DNA of 64,000 nt from an uncultured virus (IMG/VR IMGVR_UViG_3300044972_001024) (taxonomy: Duplodnaviria > Heunggongvirae > Uroviricota > Caudoviricetes), in the IMG/VR virus record IMGVR_UViG_3300044972_001024; one strand, given 5' to 3'. This document shows, piece by piece, positions 1 through 9,528 of this stretch. A program made the translations under genes and the position numbers. Under the pieces are notes generated by a model that did no database searches, was not told the origin of the DNA, and was given only the letters and a program-made list of their open reading frames with translations. Every line of letters starts with the position of its first letter. The first letter of the stretch is position 1.

Positions 1-285
1 AACAAGTCTTTCACCCTTAACATATCCATTACTTTCACCAGCCTTTAAAAAAGCTTTTTCAAGATAACTTCCTTCTTCATCTGGATATTTATTATATGGA
101 GCATAGTTAAACATGTAAGCAAATGATGATGTATTCATTGCTCTCAGTTTTTCATATATCTCTGCCGTAGTATTAAGTTCAGAACATATAATAATTTCGT
201 CAGGTTTAAAAATGTTAATGTCATCATACATTTTATTAGACAATGTTATAAGTTTAGATTTTGGAATCTTAATAATTTTACCCAT
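1..285 (-). CDS. Hypothetical protein, runs off the window edge
   Basis: ATG at 285 directly after the uvsE stop; frame open to base 1 (MGKIIKIPKSKL...). Confidence 0.5.
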   Translation of the reverse strand, partial: MGKIIKIPKSKLITLSNKMYDDINIFKPDEIIICSELNTTAEIYEKLRAMNTSSFAYMFNYAPYNKYPDEEGSYLEKAFLKAGESNGYVKGERLV

Positions 286-286
286 T

Positions 287-1303
287 TTACTCATTTTTAA
301 TTCTCCTATATAATTCAAATGAAGCTAAGTTTTTACCTTTACTCTCACACATAATATCAGCCCATTTCCAATGACTCAATGCCCAATCATTCACAGCATT
401 ATTCCAATAAAAATTACTGTGAGCACGTAATTTTTGTTTGTTGATTTTACTCTCAACTAAACGATCACGATTAGGTAACGTATTAATACAATGATCTTTT
501 AACCAATCTTCGCGACTAACAGAATAATGGCAAGTAGGCCTGATACCACGCCAGCTATCCAACACCCGTAATATACGATCATCTTCAGATTGAATATATT
601 CCCCCGAATGTATCCAATGATGATGGATATCAACAACAATAGGAACGATATCTCTAATAGTAAGTACATCTTCTAATCCCCATGAGTTTTCTTCGTTTTC
701 GATTGTGATGCAATTTCTTGCCTCTGGCGATAAGCGTTTATATGCTAATCTAATACCTTCTGGTCCTCGTTTACCAGAGATATGTACATTAATTTTAAAA
801 TCTTGAAAAGTTTTTCCATATCCCATCCATCTAGCCATGTCTGCATGATATTCAAACTCCTCTATACTTCGTTGAACAATACCCTCATCAATACTAGCAA
901 GAACAACAAACTGACCAGGATGCATACTAAGCCTAACACCCATCTCGCGAGCAATATTTCCGATTTCCGCAAATCCTCTAGCGGCGGCATCTCGTATGAA
1001 TTGCTGTCTATAAAACCACGACCAGCTAGACTCAGTATATACAGGAAGTATATCGCTACTGAGTCGTACCATTCTAAGATTTTCATCTAATTTTCCTACC
1101 TTTTCTACAAGTTTACGAGTGGATTCGATGTTTTGAATCATCAAGTCCCACAATCGTTGTTCTGCTACGTCACGAGTTTGACGATTAAGCCAGGCTACAG
1201 TTGTTGTTCCAGTTGTATACTTTTTAGCATCATCTTTAGGTTTGATACCATTGACTTGATCTGGAGTATCAATCCATTTACAAGCAAATCCAATTTTGTT
1301 CAT
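287..1303 (-). CDS. uvsE: UV damage endonuclease UvsE/UVDE
   Basis: IGFAC N-terminus, RLSSD, RLSMHPGQF, TIENEE, DIHHH, HYS, AHS and DIMCESK motifs of the UVDE TIM barrel. Confidence 0.9.
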   Translation of the reverse strand: MNKIGFACKWIDTPDQVNGIKPKDDAKKYTTGTTTVAWLNRQTRDVAEQRLWDLMIQNIESTRKLVEKVGKLDENLRMVRLSSDILPVYTESSWSWFYRQQFIRDAAARGFAEIGNIAREMGVRLSMHPGQFVVLASIDEGIVQRSIEEFEYHADMARWMGYGKTFQDFKINVHISGKRGPEGIRLAYKRLSPEARNCITIENEENSWGLEDVLTIRDIVPIVVDIHHHWIHSGEYIQSEDDRILRVLDSWRGIRPTCHYSVSREDWLKDHCINTLPNRDRLVESKINKQKLRAHSNFYWNNAVNDWALSHWKWADIMCESKGKNLASFELYRRIKNE

Positions 1304-1452
1304 AATAGATATTTAATTATTAATTGTTCAACGACAAGATAATATCCCCAAAATGGAAAAATTACGGCAAAAAATACTGACCAAAAACCTTTGGCCAAAT
1401 AAATTCCACCTAACCAAGCCACGAGTAAAATAAGTGATATAAATGATTTCAT
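1300..1452 (-). CDS. Small membrane protein (50 aa, not in ORF track)
   Basis: MKSFISLILLVAWLGGIYLAKGFWSVFFAVIFPFWGYYLVVEQLIIKYLL; two hydrophobic segments; ATGA overlap with uvsE start. Confidence 0.55.
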   Translation of the reverse strand: MKSFISLILLVAWLGGIYLAKGFWSVFFAVIFPFWGYYLVVEQLIIKYLL

Positions 1453-1473
1453 AATATGAGTATATCTTAATTG

Positions 1474-2004
1474 TTATTTGTTGTCAAATAATTTCGAGTT
1501 GATCAAATCTGACGAATGTTGCGGCAAACTAACAGATTTATCTTTGATCTTTAAATTTTCCAATCTGGTCACACGTTCACGTAATTCAGTAGAAGAATAT
1601 ATATGTTGACGAACATGATAATATAACTCAATATCATTGTTAAGACAATATTCTTTTCCAGTGAAGTCTCGTGATCTGTATTCATCTCCTAAAAATCTAA
1701 TATGAATCATTTGAGTTTTAAGTAGTTGTAATAAATCAAACTCAGTTTCATATACTAGAATTTCATCTACATATTTACAACCTTGAAGTTGTACATAACG
1801 TTCGTAGACACTTTGAACAGGTTTGTTCTTGATGCCAGGGCGATCAATAGTTGGATCAACTTGAAGTCCAACTATAAGATAATCACATAACTGCTTTTCC
1901 ATTTTAAGCATGGTTATGTGTCCAGGATGTAACATGTCAAAAGAAGAACAATTAAACCCAATTTTAAGTTTATTGTTCTTCTGTTCTATCAAAGAAATAG
2001 ACAT
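1474..2004 (-). CDS. Cytidylyltransferase, TagD/glycerol-3-phosphate CT-like
   Basis: FDMLHPGH (HxGH), KNKPVQS..ER, VDEI, R.H.YSSTELR; start moved to the TAATG-coupled ATG at 2004. Confidence 0.85.
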   Translation of the reverse strand: MSISLIEQKNNKLKIGFNCSSFDMLHPGHITMLKMEKQLCDYLIVGLQVDPTIDRPGIKNKPVQSVYERYVQLQGCKYVDEILVYETEFDLLQLLKTQMIHIRFLGDEYRSRDFTGKEYCLNNDIELYYHVRQHIYSSTELRERVTRLENLKIKDKSVSLPQHSSDLINSKLFDNK

Positions 2005-2237
2005 TACGAAAAGCGTTGTTCTTGTTGGGCAAATCTTCGTTGATCTTCCGTCCATTGATTCTTAAAGTTTTTATGACTACAAAACTTTGAATACTGTTGA
2101 TAAGCATAATTTCGCATGTTATAAAGACATGATTCATCAAACTTATATCCGAATTCTACACAGAAATCTTTGAACTTTTCCAAGTCATCAAAAATTTGGT
2201 TGACACGAGGATTAGATTGAATTTGTGGTTTTGCCAT
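2004..2237 (-). CDS. Hypothetical protein
   Basis: 77-aa ORF with GAGA SD, translationally coupled to the next gene. Confidence 0.7.
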   Translation of the reverse strand: MAKPQIQSNPRVNQIFDDLEKFKDFCVEFGYKFDESCLYNMRNYAYQQYSKFCSHKNFKNQWTEDQRRFAQQEQRFS

Positions 2238-2246
2238 GATGTTTCT

Positions 2247-2588
2247 CTATTGTTTAAAAAGATAAATGGTAGTAAATACCGGTTGATTAAAATTCATGAT
2301 ATCAATACGAATATCATGTGTGGTATAATAACTAGCAACATAATCATAAAGTAAATTGCTAACTACTATTAGGTCCAACAAATTAGATTGTAACACATTG
2401 TCATCTATATTGTCAATGACATTGGACAACTCTAATTTGTCAAGATTGGATAAATCAGTATCATTGGTTACTTGAACCCCAATGTTAATTTCATATTCTT
2501 TGAAATTAACTGGTAGCCAAAATATCCTAGTGGCATTAAATGAATTTTTAATTCTGCGTTCGGCCATTGCTGTCTGATGAGGATCCAT
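2247..2588 (-). CDS. Hypothetical protein (possibly degenerate T-fold/QueD-like)
   Basis: 113-aa ORF with AAGGA SD; family resemblance is weak and from memory. Confidence 0.55.
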   Translation of the reverse strand: MDPHQTAMAERRIKNSFNATRIFWLPVNFKEYEINIGVQVTNDTDLSNLDKLELSNVIDNIDDNVLQSNLLDLIVVSNLLYDYVASYYTTHDIRIDIMNFNQPVFTTIYLFKQ

Positions 2589-2601
2589 TATTAATCCTTA
2601 C

Positions 2602-3333
2602 TTATGGTTGTTGTGCTGGCATTAAATATTCATACTCAACAAGACCACTATCAACAGTGATTTTCATAGCACCAGCATCACCGATATACATCTTTTTGTC
2701 ACCATCAAGACCGAGAATAGCCAATACTTGAGTTACTGGCCATGCCCATGTACGCTGTAATGATCCAACAATGTTTTCTTCAAATACAAAATTGGCACTA
2801 TGTGTACTTACATCACCAAAATATACTTTAAGATTAGTACCATCAGTTTTGGTAGTAAATGTAGTTTGTTCACTATTAGCGCCTGACTGTTTCTTAAGAC
2901 GAAGAATGTTTACAACTTTAGGAACAAATTCTACGTTCCAAGCAGCACCAGCAAACTTAACTGGCTTGACTGTATCTTCAACAACTGACTTACCCATCAA
3001 ACGATAGTCATTGACAAAATCTCCAGTACTGGTTTCAAAGTGAATTGCCTCTGGAACATCTTCGCCATCACGAATTTTACGTGTCATGACAATAGTGGCA
3101 TTTTCATTATATTCATCAAATCCAAGAATGGTTTTGAGTTTAGGAAGATTTGGCATACCAAATATACCTTTAAAATCCGATTGTGGATTCTTAAACTTTG
3201 CAGAAACAATAACTGTTCTGTCTTCAGCCATAGCATTAATAATGGTTTCTTTATCAGTTCCAGTAATCTTAATAAGATTAATAAAACCTAATTGACTTGT
3301 GTGACTAATAATATCTGTTAGATAATCCTTCAT
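2602..3333 (-). CDS. DNA polymerase sliding clamp (T4 gp45-like)
   Basis: 243 aa, adjacent to PolB, beta-rich, ends VEYEYLMPA; the polymerase ends in a hydrophobic clamp-binding-like tail (TLFSFE). Confidence 0.65.
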   Translation of the reverse strand: MKDYLTDIISHTSQLGFINLIKITGTDKETIINAMAEDRTVIVSAKFKNPQSDFKGIFGMPNLPKLKTILGFDEYNENATIVMTRKIRDGEDVPEAIHFETSTGDFVNDYRLMGKSVVEDTVKPVKFAGAAWNVEFVPKVVNILRLKKQSGANSEQTTFTTKTDGTNLKVYFGDVSTHSANFVFEENIVGSLQRTWAWPVTQVLAILGLDGDKKMYIGDAGAMKITVDSGLVEYEYLMPAQQP

Positions 3334-3362
3334 TTTTTTCCTTTTATTTGCTCGTTAGTGTA

Positions 3363-3391
3363 ATAATACTGTATTTTGTATAGATTGTCAA
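3363..3391 (-). promoter_or_regulatory. sigma70-type promoter
   Basis: TTGACA-17bp-TATTAT upstream of the clamp gene. Confidence 0.7.
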
Positions 3392-3404
3392 ATCATTTGG
3401 ACAA

Positions 3405-6125
3405 CTATTCAAATGAAAACAATGTTCCAAATGTTGAATTAATATTGGTGTCTTGTCTAATATCCCATTCCAATACACCAATCATGTTTTCAATCTTTTC
3501 ATCTACTAAACTTCGTTCCATACCTTCATCATCAAATGGAAGTTCTTTGAACCAATCTGGCAATCGTAATTCATCAGTTGGATAAGCCACACTGGTCATA
3601 CCAAGCGGATTGGCTTTTAACTGACATACTACAATTTTCATACCATCTACAATTTGTTGTGAATAGTTATCACCATTCATTTTTCGTAAATAGTTCCAAT
3701 TGATACTGGCATTAACGTGACCTGGTGGACTGACTTTCTTGGCAGTTCTTTTACCATGACTTTCATTTTCTCTACGTAACATTTCTTCGTAATGAGTAAT
3801 CTTCTTAACACCCATTGGTCTACCCTTGGTCCAACTTTCATTCTTGGATAATTTAAGTTTGAATTCACGAATGTCAGCAATAACTTTTTCACGATCAGTG
3901 CCAAGAAGAACCATTTTAAGAATGTCATACAGAAATTCCTGTACATATTTTGGAGTATCGGCTCGTTTCAAATCCAAACCCATGGCTTTGATCTTACCAG
4001 TTTCACCATTAACATCCAATCGTTTACCTTCTTTATCATAGATGTTTACAGCATAACGTTTCTTACTCATAAAGATTCCACGATCAGCCACTAATTCACG
4101 ACCAGCGGCAATAATAGAACCATTCTTATGTGTAGTATGAAATGATCGTTCCATAAATTCAGGGAAACTGGCATTAACTGCCTCACCAAGATTGTCATAG
4201 ATTTCTACCGCTACATCTTTGTTCCAATTCTTACTCATCTCTGGATCTTTTCCTAGAATTGGCCAAGCACTGAAATAACATGAGTCAGTATCACCGTAAA
4301 TAATTGCATCACCGTTATGATCATATACTCCAGCAATTGCTTCATTAAGATAGGCACTCATATGTCTAACAATACAACGTCCATTTAGCGTAGTACTTTG
4401 TCCTAATCTTAAATCATAAAATCGTGAATGTGGATTTAACAAAGCCCCATATGCAGAGTTAAGTAGAATTTTTCTAACTAACTGTCGTTTGTCAAAGAAT
4501 TCTCTATCTTCTTTTGTAGTGGCAGATTTCAATTGCTTTTGAATATCTTTACGTTCACTATACCATTTAGTTAATAGACCTGGAATCACACCTTCTTTTT
4601 CATAGGTATAAATGGTTCCATTGGCCGATAACATCCATGGTTGATTACTATCAAAAATCATTTTCCAGATTTCTGCCGCACTAGCTTCTTCACTATTACC
4701 ACGTTCCCAATCAATGGTTAATATAGTGCCACGTTCTTGATTCATAACAGCAGTATATTCTAATGTACCAAACAATCCGTCCCATGCCTGAGCAAAAGTC
4801 ATTGCCTTAACTTTCTTACCGTTTATCACTTTATCAGTCATACGATCAGTGATATACTTATCGGTCATGTGTGGTCTGATTTGTCCAACGATGGTTTCTG
4901 GCGCCATGTTAAGAGCACGGATGACTGACGGGTAAAGCGAGTTGATGTCAACCGCCGCGATCCATTCATGGATTCCTTTTTTAGGCACAGCAACATAGGC
5001 ACCAGCTGCCGTTGGTTCGTCCGATAAATCATTACTTCTCCTTACTTTGTCAGGAACTATTAGACCACGAGAATGAGCTTCATTGACCACTGCTTGATCA
5101 ATCATGGCCACAGAACCCATGGCAGTTGCTATCAATACGCCGTTTTGATGAGCGATATCATTAGCGAGATTTAAGAATTTTAATTTGTCGTGAATCTTGA
5201 ACAACAACATTGTATCTTGACGATTGTATTCTAGAAACTTACGCCAATCTTTATTGTATAATTGATCCAATGAACCTTCATATTGAGTTTTGTTTTCACC
5301 AACTTCCATTTCACCAATATAATCAAGTTTATAACTATGACGACTTTCATAGTTATATTTCTTATATAGTTCAAGATAATCCATATGAACTCGTCCAAAC
5401 AAGTCATATGTCTCTTGTTCTTGATCAAACATGATATATGTTCTTGGTTTTGGTAATTGATTCCATAAACAAAATCTACGAGTATCATCCTTGGACATAA
5501 CTCTAGTAACACGATTAACCATGTATGGTATATCATACCCAGCTGAGTTCCAACCAGTTAATACATCTGAATCTTCTATCAAATCAAAAAACATATTGAA
5601 CATATCAATTTCATTATCAAATACAAAAGTATTTTCAAAATCTTTTGATATATCTTTGGCCATTTCTGAACTCATATGTTTTGGTGGAATACATAAGGTA
5701 ACCAATTGATCACACCAATCTAGATATAACGAAATTGCCGTAACTGGATTAAATGGATCAGTGGTTGGGGCAAAACCTTTTTTCGGATCAAAATCCGTTT
5801 CAATGTCAAAAAAACAAGTATGAAGTGGTGGACTATCTTTTCCAAGATAGTTATCAGCTAACATACGAAAGATAGGATTGATATCACTTTCAAAGATTTT
5901 CTTACCACTATGCATTTTGAGTTCTTTTTGAAACTCACTACGCTTACGAGTAGAGAATCTAGTTACCGTATCGTCATAAACAGTACGATATTTTCCTTTA
6001 GGATCGGAGTAATAGAAAGTGTAATTGGTTGGATATTGATCATAACGACGAGTACCGTCAGCATCACGTTCCACAACGTGAATAATATCCTTGTCTCTAT
6101 CTAATATAGCATCTACATATGACAT
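3405..6125 (-). CDS. Family B DNA polymerase (T4 gp43-like)
   Basis: Exo motifs DIETD, GWNSAGYD, YNRQD; polymerase motifs DINSLYPS, KILLNSAYG, YGDTDS, KKRY. Confidence 0.97.
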   Translation of the reverse strand: MSYVDAILDRDKDIIHVVERDADGTRRYDQYPTNYTFYYSDPKGKYRTVYDDTVTRFSTRKRSEFQKELKMHSGKKIFESDINPIFRMLADNYLGKDSPPLHTCFFDIETDFDPKKGFAPTTDPFNPVTAISLYLDWCDQLVTLCIPPKHMSSEMAKDISKDFENTFVFDNEIDMFNMFFDLIEDSDVLTGWNSAGYDIPYMVNRVTRVMSKDDTRRFCLWNQLPKPRTYIMFDQEQETYDLFGRVHMDYLELYKKYNYESRHSYKLDYIGEMEVGENKTQYEGSLDQLYNKDWRKFLEYNRQDTMLLFKIHDKLKFLNLANDIAHQNGVLIATAMGSVAMIDQAVVNEAHSRGLIVPDKVRRSNDLSDEPTAAGAYVAVPKKGIHEWIAAVDINSLYPSVIRALNMAPETIVGQIRPHMTDKYITDRMTDKVINGKKVKAMTFAQAWDGLFGTLEYTAVMNQERGTILTIDWERGNSEEASAAEIWKMIFDSNQPWMLSANGTIYTYEKEGVIPGLLTKWYSERKDIQKQLKSATTKEDREFFDKRQLVRKILLNSAYGALLNPHSRFYDLRLGQSTTLNGRCIVRHMSAYLNEAIAGVYDHNGDAIIYGDTDSCYFSAWPILGKDPEMSKNWNKDVAVEIYDNLGEAVNASFPEFMERSFHTTHKNGSIIAAGRELVADRGIFMSKKRYAVNIYDKEGKRLDVNGETGKIKAMGLDLKRADTPKYVQEFLYDILKMVLLGTDREKVIADIREFKLKLSKNESWTKGRPMGVKKITHYEEMLRRENESHGKRTAKKVSPPGHVNASINWNYLRKMNGDNYSQQIVDGMKIVVCQLKANPLGMTSVAYPTDELRLPDWFKELPFDDEGMERSLVDEKIENMIGVLEWDIRQDTNINSTFGTLFSFE

Positions 6126-6412
6126 TAAAGCGTTTTACCTACTGTTACCAATATATTTTCTAGTAATTCTTGTTCCTTTTGTGTTTTACCAAATTCCATT
6201 TTATGTGCGGTTCTGATTGCCTTTTTAAGCACAGTTGATTTGATATTCATTTCTTCAGCTACTGCCTTGATAGTATCTGATAAACCACTGTTGAGTGTTT
6301 CAACTTCATTCATTATCTGCATCCCTTCGTTGATCAACTGAGTGAGTTTAAGTTTTTGATCATTTGAGAAAATGGTTGTATCGTGCTCTTGATTGTCTTG
6401 TGTGTCTGACAT
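6125..6412 (-). CDS. Small helical dsDNA-binding protein (T4 DsbA/GapR-like)
   Basis: 95 aa coiled coil followed by IKAVAEEMNIKSTVLKKAIRTAHK pattern. Confidence 0.55.
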   Translation of the reverse strand: MSDTQDNQEHDTTIFSNDQKLKLTQLINEGMQIMNEVETLNSGLSDTIKAVAEEMNIKSTVLKKAIRTAHKMEFGKTQKEQELLENILVTVGKTL

Positions 6413-6436
6413 TGTAACTCCTTTAGTAGTCTACTT

Positions 6437-6464
6437 ATTATACAGGAGTTGCGCTATATGTCAA
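6437..6464 (-). promoter_or_regulatory. sigma70-type promoter for dsDNA-binding protein/polymerase operon
   Basis: TTGACA-16bp-TATAAT, then AAGGAG SD. Confidence 0.7.
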
Positions 6465-6479
6465 TACATTTTGGAAGAT

Positions 6480-7193
6480 TTACTGATGCATGATCCAAGT
6501 ATCTGGAATTTCTTTATATTTGGATGTCCACATGTCATGTAGTTTTTGTCCACTGATACCATGTGATTTGGATATACTAGTCATCATATCATCAATGATA
6601 TCATATACATCATCTTTATCGTTTTTAACTGATTTGATTTTATTTTTCTGAGCCAATAATGCCGCCTTCAATTGCGATACGGCTTGATCATCTTTACTAT
6701 GATCCATATTCTCGCGAACTCTTTGACCTATTTGCTTGCCCTTGTATTCAAATGCTTGATAAGTTGCTCGACTAGTATCATTGATGTTGACTTCTTTTTC
6801 TTCTGGATTTCCAGAGATATCAACCACATCATTGCTGATATTATTTGGACCAACTGTGGCTACTACAACATATGAGTTCTTTTTACCTTTGCCATAATTA
6901 GACCAAAGACTATCTAGATAATCGTCAATGTTATGTGATTCAGTTGTCCAGTGACTGCCAAGATCGTTCATTCTAATTTCTTCTGGACTATCAGCAAATA
7001 TTATTCGATATACTTTACCACCACGATGAATCAAACCATCAACAACATTTTTATAATCATCAAGTTCTGAACGAGCGCGATCTTCGTGACCGTAATATTT
7101 GGTCCAACTGTCAACACACGATTTATAATATTGCGGATCGTCTAGTCTATTGAGACTCTGAGCGGATTCTATAAGAAATTCACTGGCTCTCAT
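6480..7193 (-). CDS. Putative internal head protein with ADP-ribosyltransferase-like N-domain
   Basis: N-term MRASEFLIE; VYR...LGSHWT...EEKEV resembles the R-S-E ART triad; second helical domain after VRE. Confidence 0.5.
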   Translation of the reverse strand: MRASEFLIESAQSLNRLDDPQYYKSCVDSWTKYYGHEDRARSELDDYKNVVDGLIHRGGKVYRIIFADSPEEIRMNDLGSHWTTESHNIDDYLDSLWSNYGKGKKNSYVVVATVGPNNISNDVVDISGNPEEKEVNINDTSRATYQAFEYKGKQIGQRVRENMDHSKDDQAVSQLKAALLAQKNKIKSVKNDKDDVYDIIDDMMTSISKSHGISGQKLHDMWTSKYKEIPDTWIMHQ

Positions 7194-7596
7194 TTTAATT
7201 TATCTCTTGATCCAAATCTATATATTTAATTGATACATTATTTAATGCTGCCGCTAATGCTCTATGATTACCATCTATGATTCTATTGTTTGCTACTACT
7301 ATAATTGAATCAGATAAGTTTGGTGATGATCTATAGTCATTAATGATTTCAATTTGTTCATCTTTTAACATATCAACAATTTCATCAATATGTTCAACAC
7401 GATATTGGCTCAACAATAAAATATCTAGTTTCATTGGTGAGAGTTTTTCCACTTCAAATTTGATATTTAAATCTGAATTTGAAACATAATTCCAAAAAAT
7501 TTCATCATGATCTGGATAGTTGTCAGAATACAATTGACTTAGTGATATATCATTTTCAATTAGAAATTCATATGCTCTCATTTTAATTTATCTCTT
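7174..7596. repeat. 35-bp direct repeat (23 bp perfect) flanking the ParB-like gene
   Basis: 7174-7208 and 7562-7596: agaaattca-NNN-gctctcattttaatttatctctt. Confidence 0.85.
7195..7581 (-). CDS. ParB/Srx N-terminal-like domain protein
   Basis: IIVV...IIDGNHRALAA motif; N-term MRAYEFLIE. Confidence 0.7.
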   Translation of the reverse strand: MRAYEFLIENDISLSQLYSDNYPDHDEIFWNYVSNSDLNIKFEVEKLSPMKLDILLLSQYRVEHIDEIVDMLKDEQIEIINDYRSSPNLSDSIIVVANNRIIDGNHRALAAALNNVSIKYIDLDQEIN

Positions 7597-7607
7597 AATT
7601 TAAATTT

Positions 7608-8084
7608 TCATGATAATAAATTTGTTGATAGACTTATTCTGTAGTCCATTGATTCATTTGGCAATACACGATGATTTAATGTTCCTGGAAATATCAAAAC
7701 AAGACCGTTATATGGAGTTATTGAAAAGATTGTGTTGTTGTTAGATTTAAATTCAATATCTCCAGAATTTTCTGGAACTTTCACATATGCCACACAAACC
7801 AATCTATTTCTATGATGAATATGCCAATCATTATAATGTTTTGGACCATTTACGTTAAACCAAAATCTTGAAGTTTTAAGATTAGTGGATTTTTCAATCT
7901 GAGTTATTGTTTGTGCTACCCATGAAACATTTGTATTATTATCTATTACACCCTGCCAACCACCTTTATTACTCAATGTAACACCTTTTAAAGTTTTTTT
8001 CAACTCTAAAATATTATCAGCCAAATCTTGATTTAAATTCATTTCAAACTTTTGAATTTTGAATTTTTTTAAAAGATCATCCAT
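7608..8084 (-). CDS. 2OG-Fe(II) oxygenase family protein
   Basis: SNKGGWQ, WFNVN, HIH, IFPGTLNHRV, RISLSTN. Confidence 0.8.
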   Translation of the reverse strand: MDDLLKKFKIQKFEMNLNQDLADNILELKKTLKGVTLSNKGGWQGVIDNNTNVSWVAQTITQIEKSTNLKTSRFWFNVNGPKHYNDWHIHHRNRLVCVAYVKVPENSGDIEFKSNNNTIFSITPYNGLVLIFPGTLNHRVLPNESMDYRISLSTNLLS

Positions 8085-8086
8085 AT

Positions 8087-8263
8087 TTAATCCGATCCGA
8101 AAAACTTATTCATCAATGCTTTTTGTTTTTTTGGTTTGGCGCCCAATACTGGACTAATCTTGGCTACTTTATCTTTACCAGTAAGATATTTTGACTCATT
8201 ATCAATAACTTTTTCTTCGTTAGATTCTGATTTCATTTCGGATAATAGTTCGTTGATTTTCAT
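8087..8263 (-). CDS. Small hypothetical protein
   Basis: ATG at 8263, begins MKINELLSE, basic C-terminus. Confidence 0.6.
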   Translation of the reverse strand: MKINELLSEMKSESNEEKVIDNESKYLTGKDKVAKISPVLGAKPKKQKALMNKFFGSD

Positions 8264-8275
8264 AATAGTTTCCAA

Positions 8276-8354
8276 TGGTCACTTTATAGTATTGTGGTAG
8301 CGAATCACTAACTAGGGCAGCACCCGCCCACACCGGTCCTATGGTAGGTGTTCT
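8276..8354 (-). ncRNA. Candidate structured RNA (unassigned)
   Basis: GC-rich intergenic island with three hairpins (ACACC/GGTGT, GGGCGG/CTGCCC, TAGT..GTG/CAC..ACTA), no U-tract. Confidence 0.35.
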
Positions 8355-9527
8355 TTAATGTTTCAATAACAATGTTCCCAATACATCACTACGCTTGGCA
8401 CTGATGTCGCCCTGTCCAGGAACAATGATTACATTCCACTTTTTATCTTTACCTTCTGGTTTAGCCATCATCTCATCATAATCCAAAATAGTATCTTTAT
8501 CAATCTTGTATAAATTTGCAATACGATCTTTCAACTTGTTCATATCAGTGACAATCCAACCACCAGCATCAGTCTTCTCTAACTTACCTTCGTCATCTTT
8601 CTTCAATAGATCATTGAAGATTGGTGTGCCATCAGTCAACTTAGATGGAACAATTCTACTATGTTTGGTCGTTTGAAGTTTAGGATCTGCAAATTTGATT
8701 TGTTTCTCTTGACTTGTATGAGCGCCTTCACTCCAGTTAATATGAAAGTTACTTGGTAATCCACCTTGAGCAACCTTAGCGATTTTAGTATAGGCATAGA
8801 ATTGAGTATCTGGGAATGTTTTGGCAACATCAGCAGCCAAATCTACATATTCTGGACTAAAGAAATCACCAGCATCATGCCAACGAATAGTAACTTTGGC
8901 GCCCTGTTTAGCATATTTTTTATTTTCTTTGTCAATCTCGCTGATCAATTGTTTTTTGAATCCTTCTGGATCATTCAACAAATATGTTAAGATTCTAGCA
9001 TCACTGATCCATGGACCTTCAAACTGAACCTTACCACCACCACGAGCGAAACAATCTACTTTACAACTACCAGCACCTGGGCAAGTATTGACAATCTTAA
9101 ATTGATTTGTCTTTTCATCTAATGCCAATCCAGTTAGAGCAGCAAAACCAATGTTGAAGAATTGTTCTTTTTCACCATTGCTGTGTTCCATCTTTTCATT
9201 CTGTTTGAGTAAACGTTTTGGACGCTCACTGATGATGCCTTTCATTTTGTCTAGATCAAATTGTTTTCCTGATTCATCATAAAATTTCAATGCCGAACTA
9301 CGATGTACGTAGGGCATTTTGTAACGTTGACTAGCAGTTTTTGTTTTATCTACAGTTGTTCGTAGATACTTTTGCATTTCTGGATCTGAAAAGTCAGTTG
9401 TAGGAGCGCCTAATAAATCTGCCTCATCAAGTTCACTTTGTTCTTCTTGATTAGCAAATTGATCTAATGACATGATTTGAATGCCACCCGTTCGTTTCGC
9501 TTCTTTTAAAAATTCATAAAATCTCAT
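8355..9527 (-). CDS. GP88-like protein (Cys-motif, radical-SAM-related)
   Basis: TCPGAGSCKVDCFA, IRWHDAGDFFS, FYAYTK; N-term MRFYEFLKE. Confidence 0.75.
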   Translation of the reverse strand: MRFYEFLKEAKRTGGIQIMSLDQFANQEEQSELDEADLLGAPTTDFSDPEMQKYLRTTVDKTKTASQRYKMPYVHRSSALKFYDESGKQFDLDKMKGIISERPKRLLKQNEKMEHSNGEKEQFFNIGFAALTGLALDEKTNQFKIVNTCPGAGSCKVDCFARGGGKVQFEGPWISDARILTYLLNDPEGFKKQLISEIDKENKKYAKQGAKVTIRWHDAGDFFSPEYVDLAADVAKTFPDTQFYAYTKIAKVAQGGLPSNFHINWSEGAHTSQEKQIKFADPKLQTTKHSRIVPSKLTDGTPIFNDLLKKDDEGKLEKTDAGGWIVTDMNKLKDRIANLYKIDKDTILDYDEMMAKPEGKDKKWNVIIVPGQGDISAKRSDVLGTLLLKH

Positions 9528-9528
9528 A

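Noticed and set aside
3405..6125. Intein or intron in the DNA polymerase
   Set aside because: Insert after motif A lacks C/S...HN splice motifs and LAGLIDADG; all motifs are in one frame at ordinary length
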